DNA from: Eledone cirrhosa | Taxonomy: Eukaryota | NCBI GenBank assembly: GCA_964016885.1 | Contig: OZ024743.1 | Coordinates: 134,850,001-134,914,000, forward strand | Direction: 5' to 3' | DNA: 64,000 nt | Part shown: positions 59,701 to 64,000 of the stretch, one piece after another | Layout: each line of letters starts with the position of its first letter | Position numbering within the stretch: position 1 is the first letter of the stretch | Notes under the pieces: model-generated | Told to the model about the DNA's origin: nothing | The model's input: only the letters and a program-made list of their open reading frames with translations | Database searches by the model: none | Program-made: the position numbers and the translations under genes

Positions 59701-62700
59701 GCACCAAGCACCAAGCATCAAACACCAAGCATCAAACACCAAACACCAAACACCAAGCAACAAGCACCAAACACCAAGCACCAAGCACCAAACTCCAAGC
59801 AGCAAGCAGAAAGCACCAAACAACAAACACCAAGCACAAAGCACCAAACACCAAGCACCAAAGACCAAACACCAAACACCAAGCACCAAGCACCAAACAC
59901 CTAACACCAAGCACCAAGCACCAAACACCAAACACCAAGCACCAAGCACCAAACACCAAGCACCAGGCACCAAGCACCAAACACCAAGCACCAAGCACCA
60001 AACACCAAGCACCAAGCATAAAACACCAAGCACCAAGCACCACACACCTAAGACCAAGCACCAAGCACCAAGCACCAAACACCAAGCACTAAACACCAAA
60101 CACCAAGCACCAAGCACCAAGCACCAAACACCAAGCACCAAGCACAAAACACCAAGCACCAAGCACCAAACACCTAACACCAAGCACCAAGCACCAAGCA
60201 CCAAACACCAAGCACCAAACACCAAACACCAAGCACCAAGCACCAAACACCAAGCACAAAACACCAAGCACCAAGCACCAAGTACAAACACCAAGCACCA
60301 AGCACCAAACACCAAGCACCAAGCACCTAGCATCAAACACCAAGCATCAAACACCAAACACCAAACACCAAGCAACAAGCACCAAACACCAAGCACCAAG
60401 CACCAAGCACCAAATACCAAGCACCAATTACGAAGCACCAAACACAGAGCCCCAAGCACCAAGCACCAAACACCAAACACGAAGCACCAAACACCAAATA
60501 CCAAGCACCTAGCACCAAACACCAAACACCAAGCACCAATCACCAAGCACCAAACACGAAGCAGCAAGCAGAAAGCACCAAACAACAAACACCAAGCACC
60601 AAGCACCAAACACCAAGCACCATGGACCAAACACCAAACACCAAGCACCAAACACCTAACACCAAGCACCAAGCACCAAACACCAAGCACCAAAGACCAA
60701 ACACCAAACAGCAAACACCAAACACCAAACAGCAAACACCAAACATGAAACAGCCAACACCATTGAGCAAAAACCAAACACCAAAAAGCAGACACCAAAC
60801 AGCAAACAGCAAACACCAAGAAACAAACACCAAGTTCCAAGCACCAAACACCAAACACCAAGCACCAAGCACCAAACACTAATCACAATGCACCAAGCAC
60901 CAAGCACTAAACACCAAGCACCAAGCACCAAGCACTAAACACCAAACACCAAGGACCAAGCACCAAGCACCAAGAACCAAAGACCAAGCACCAAGCACCA
61001 AACACCAAGCACCAAGCACCAAGCATCGAACACCAAGCATCAAACACCAAACACCAAACACCAAGCACCAAACACCATGCACCAAGCACCAAACACCAAG
61101 CACCCAGCACCAAACACCAAGCACCAATCACCAAGCACCAAACACCAAGCACCAACCACCAAACACCAAGCACCAAACATCAAACACCAAGCACCAAGAA
61201 CCAAGCACCAAATACCAAACACCAAGCACCACGCACCAAACACCAAACACCAAACACCAAGCACCAAACACCAAACACCAAACACCAAACACCAAGCACC
61301 AAGTACCAAACAACAAGCACCAGGCACCAAGCACCAAACATCAAACACCAAGCACCAAGCACCAAACACCAAGCACCAACCACCAAACACCAAGCACCAA
61401 TCACCAAGCACCAAACACCAAACAGCAAACAGCAAACAGCAAACAGCAAACAGCAAACACCAAGCACCAATCACCAAACAACAAGCACCAGGCACCAAGG
61501 ACCAAACACCAAACACCAAGCACCAAGCACCAAGCACCAAACACCAAACACCAAGCACCAAGCACCAAACACCCAGCACCAGAGACCAAACACCAAACAG
61601 CAAACACCAAACACGAAACAGCAAACACCATACAGCAAACACAAAACACCAAAAAGCAGACACCAAACAGCAAACATCAAACACCAAACACCAAACACCA
61701 AACAGCAAACAGCAAACACCAAACACCAAGCACCAAACACCAAGTACCAAGCACCAAACACCACGCACCAAACACCAAACACCAAGCACCAAGCACCAAA
61801 CACTAATCACCAAGCACCAAGCACCAAACACCAAGCACCAAGCACCAAGCACCAAACACCAAGCACCAAAGACCAAGCACCAAGCACCAAGCACCAAACA
61901 CCAAGCACCAAGCACCAAGCACCAAACACCAAGCACCAAACACCAACCACCCAGCATCAAGCACCAAGCACCAAACACCAAGCACCAAGCACCAAACACC
62001 AAACACCAAACACCAAACACCAAGCACCAAGCACCAAACACCAAGCACCAAGGACCAAGCACCAAACACCAAGCACCAAGCACCAAACACCAAGCACCAA
62101 GCACCAAGCACCAAGCACGAAAGACCAAGCACCAACCATCAAGTACCAAAGATCAAGCACCAAACACCAAACACCAAGCACCAAGCACCAAACACCAAGC
62201 ACCAAGCGCCAAACACCAAACACCTAGCACCAAGCACCAAACACCAAGCACCAAGCACCAATCACCAAACACCAAGCACCAAGCACCAAATACCAAACAC
62301 CAAGCACCAAGCACCAAACACCAAACACCAAGCACCAAGTACCAAACACCAAACACCAAGTACCAAGTAACAAGCACCAAGCACCAAACACCAAGCACCA
62401 AGCAGCAAGCACCAAACACCAAACACCAAACAGCAAACAGCAAACACCACACACCAAGCACCAAAACCAAGTACCAAGCACCAAACACCAAGCACCAAGC
62501 ACCAAGTACAAACACCAAGCACCAAGCACCAAACACCAAGCACCAAGCACCAAGCATCAAACACCAAGCATCAAACACCAAACACCAAACACCAAGCAAC
62601 AAGCACCAAACACCAAGCACCAAGCACCAAACTCCAAGCAGCAAGCAGAAAGCACCAAACAACAAACACCAAGCACAAAGCACCAAACACCAAGCACCAA

Positions 62701-64000
62701 AGACCAAACACCAAACACCAAGCACCAAGCACCAAACACCTAACACCAAGCACCAAGCACCAAACACCAAACACCAAGCACCAAGCACCAAACACCAAGC
62801 ACCAGGCACCAAGCACCAAACACCAAGCACCAAGCACCAAACACCAAGCACCAAGCATAAAACACCAAGCACCAAGCACCACACACCTAAGACCAAGCAC
62901 CAAGCACCAAGCACCAAACACCAAGCACTAAACACCAAACACCAAGCACCAAGCACCAAGCACCAAACACCAAGCACCAAGCACAAAACACCAAGCACCA
63001 AGCACCAAACACCTAACACCAAGCACCAAGCACCAAGCACCAAACACCAAGCACCAAACACCAAACACCAAGCACCAAGCACCAAACACCAAGCACAAAA
63101 CACCAAGCACCAAGCACCAAGTACAAACACCAAGCACCAAGCACCAAACACCAAGCACCAAGCACCTAGCATCAAACACCAAGCATCAAACACCAAACAC
63201 CAAACACCAAGCAACAAGCACCAAACACCAAGCACCAAGCACCAAGCACCAAATACCAAGCACCAATTACGAAGCACCAAACACAGAGCCCCAAGCACCA
63301 AGCACCAAACACCAAACACGAAGCACCAAACACCAAATACCAAGCACCTAGCACCAAACACCAAACACCAAGCACCAATCACCAAGCACCAAACACGAAG
63401 CAGCAAGCAGAAAGCACCAAACAACAAACACCAAGCACCAAGCACCAAACACCAAGCACCATGGACCAAACACCAAACACCAAGCACCAAACACCTAACA
63501 CCAAGCACCAAGCACCAAACACCAAGCACCAAAGACCAAACACCAAACAGCAAACACCAAACACCAAACAGCAAACACCAAACATGAAACAGCCAACACC
63601 ATTGAGCAAAAACCAAACACCAAAAAGCAGACACCAAACAGCAAACAGCAAACACCAAGAAACAAACACCAAGTTCCAAGCACCAAACACCAAACACCAA
63701 GCACCAAACACCAAACCCCAAGCACCAAGCACCAAACACTAATCACAATGCACCAAGCACCAAGCACTAAACACCAAGCACCAAGCACCAAGCACTAAAC
63801 ACCAAACACCAAGGACCAAGCACCAAGCACCAAGAACCAAAGACCAAGCACCAAGCACCAAACACCAAGCACCAAGCACCAAGCATCGAACACCAAGCAT
63901 CAAACACCAAACACCAAGCACCAATCACCAAGCACCAAACACCAAGCACCAACCACCAAACACCAAGCACCAAACATCAAACACCAAGCACCAAGAACCA
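56760..64000 (+). repeat. About 2.0-kb higher-order repeat (CACAATG-marked), second cluster, including a terminal ~2839-bp duplication (about 59578-62416 and 62417-end)
   Basis: CACAATG at 56767, 58857, 60884 and 63744. ORFs starting MDQTP at 58574, 60622 and 63461 (offsets 2048, 2839). Private variant AAACAAA is shared at 60821/63660. Confidence 0.83.

Larger units (their letters stand above)
29150..62416 (+). repeat. Super-repeat: two collinear copies of about 16-17 kb (A about 29.2-46.3 kb, B about 46.3-62.4 kb)
   Basis: Same marker order in both halves, with offsets 17174 (29661/46835), 17839 (33139/50978), 19085 and 16686 (35396 and 37795 vs 54481), 15519 (40641/56160), 15687 (45390/61077) and 15680 (46277/61957). 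Confidence 0.8.
1..64000 (+). repeat. Heptamer tandem satellite array, consensus CACCAAR (CACCAAG/CACCAAA; common variants CAGCAAA, CACCAAT, CATCAAG, TACCAAR, CACTAAA), about 9,150 monomers, extending beyond both window ends
   Basis: Every line parses into 7-bp units from position 2 onward. No unique spacer, insertion or inverted segment was seen. All ORFs translate to heptad repeats (TKHQAPS/TKHQTPN on +, WCLVLGA/WCLVFGV on -). Confidence 0.99.

Noticed and set aside
1-64000. CRISPR array or other repeat-spacer system
   Set aside because: There are no unique spacers and no constant 23-50 bp repeat. All sequence derives from the 7-bp monomer, and no cas or other genes are present.
1-64000. 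Telomerase-synthesised terminal tract (two-variant heptamer reminiscent of Plasmodium TT(T/C)AGGG)
   Set aside because: The monomer lacks a GGG run and matches no telomere repeat I recognise. Multi-kb exact copying of the variant order and many fixed substitutions indicate recombinational expansion, not de novo telomerase addition.
1-64000. Identity with known heptamer repeats (cyanobacterial STRR elements, short bacterial intergenic heptamer tracts, Drosophila virilis ACAAACT family)
   Set aside because: The consensus differs from STRR and D. virilis repeats. Bacterial heptamer tracts are short and lie between genes, whereas this array is at least 64 kb and gene-free. No taxonomic assignment can be supported.
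1-64000. G-quadruplex or i-motif forming array
   Set aside because: There is only one GG per monomer on the minus strand, with 5-nt loops. At best this allows weak two-tier structures, and no canonical G3 tracts recur.
1-64000. Purely synthetic or random low-complexity sequence
   Set aside because: Nested duplications with consistent offset arithmetic, shared derived variants and diverged homologous signatures indicate an evolved array. Individual near-identical duplications could still be assembly errors.

Overview
The whole 64-kb window is one uninterrupted, single-orientation heptamer satellite, consensus CACCAAR on the + strand (CACCAAG and CACCAAA co-dominant; minus strand YTTGGTG), about 9,150 monomers, running off both ends. 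I can support no gene, RNA gene, mobile element or CRISPR array. The ORF track is an artefact: the + strand has almost no T and the - strand almost no A, so stops are rare, and a 7-bp period gives the same heptad peptide in every frame. The real structure is a nested higher-order organisation, traceable with rare marker monomers: CAGCAAA-rich islands, 0.4-0.5 kb modules, kb-scale tandem duplications (1140, about 2030, 2399, 2839, 2877, 3717, about 4000-4700 and 6447 bp) and a 15.5-19 kb super-repeat. The array splits into two interleaved sub-families with different marker monomers. The 7-bp register is nearly perfect: I found only 28 non-7-bp units by eye, all in A-runs. The architecture resembles eukaryotic centromeric, pericentromeric or subtelomeric satellite, but organism and function cannot be determined from this window. 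All coordinates and offsets were counted by hand from the sequence and ORF track, and block boundaries are approximate.
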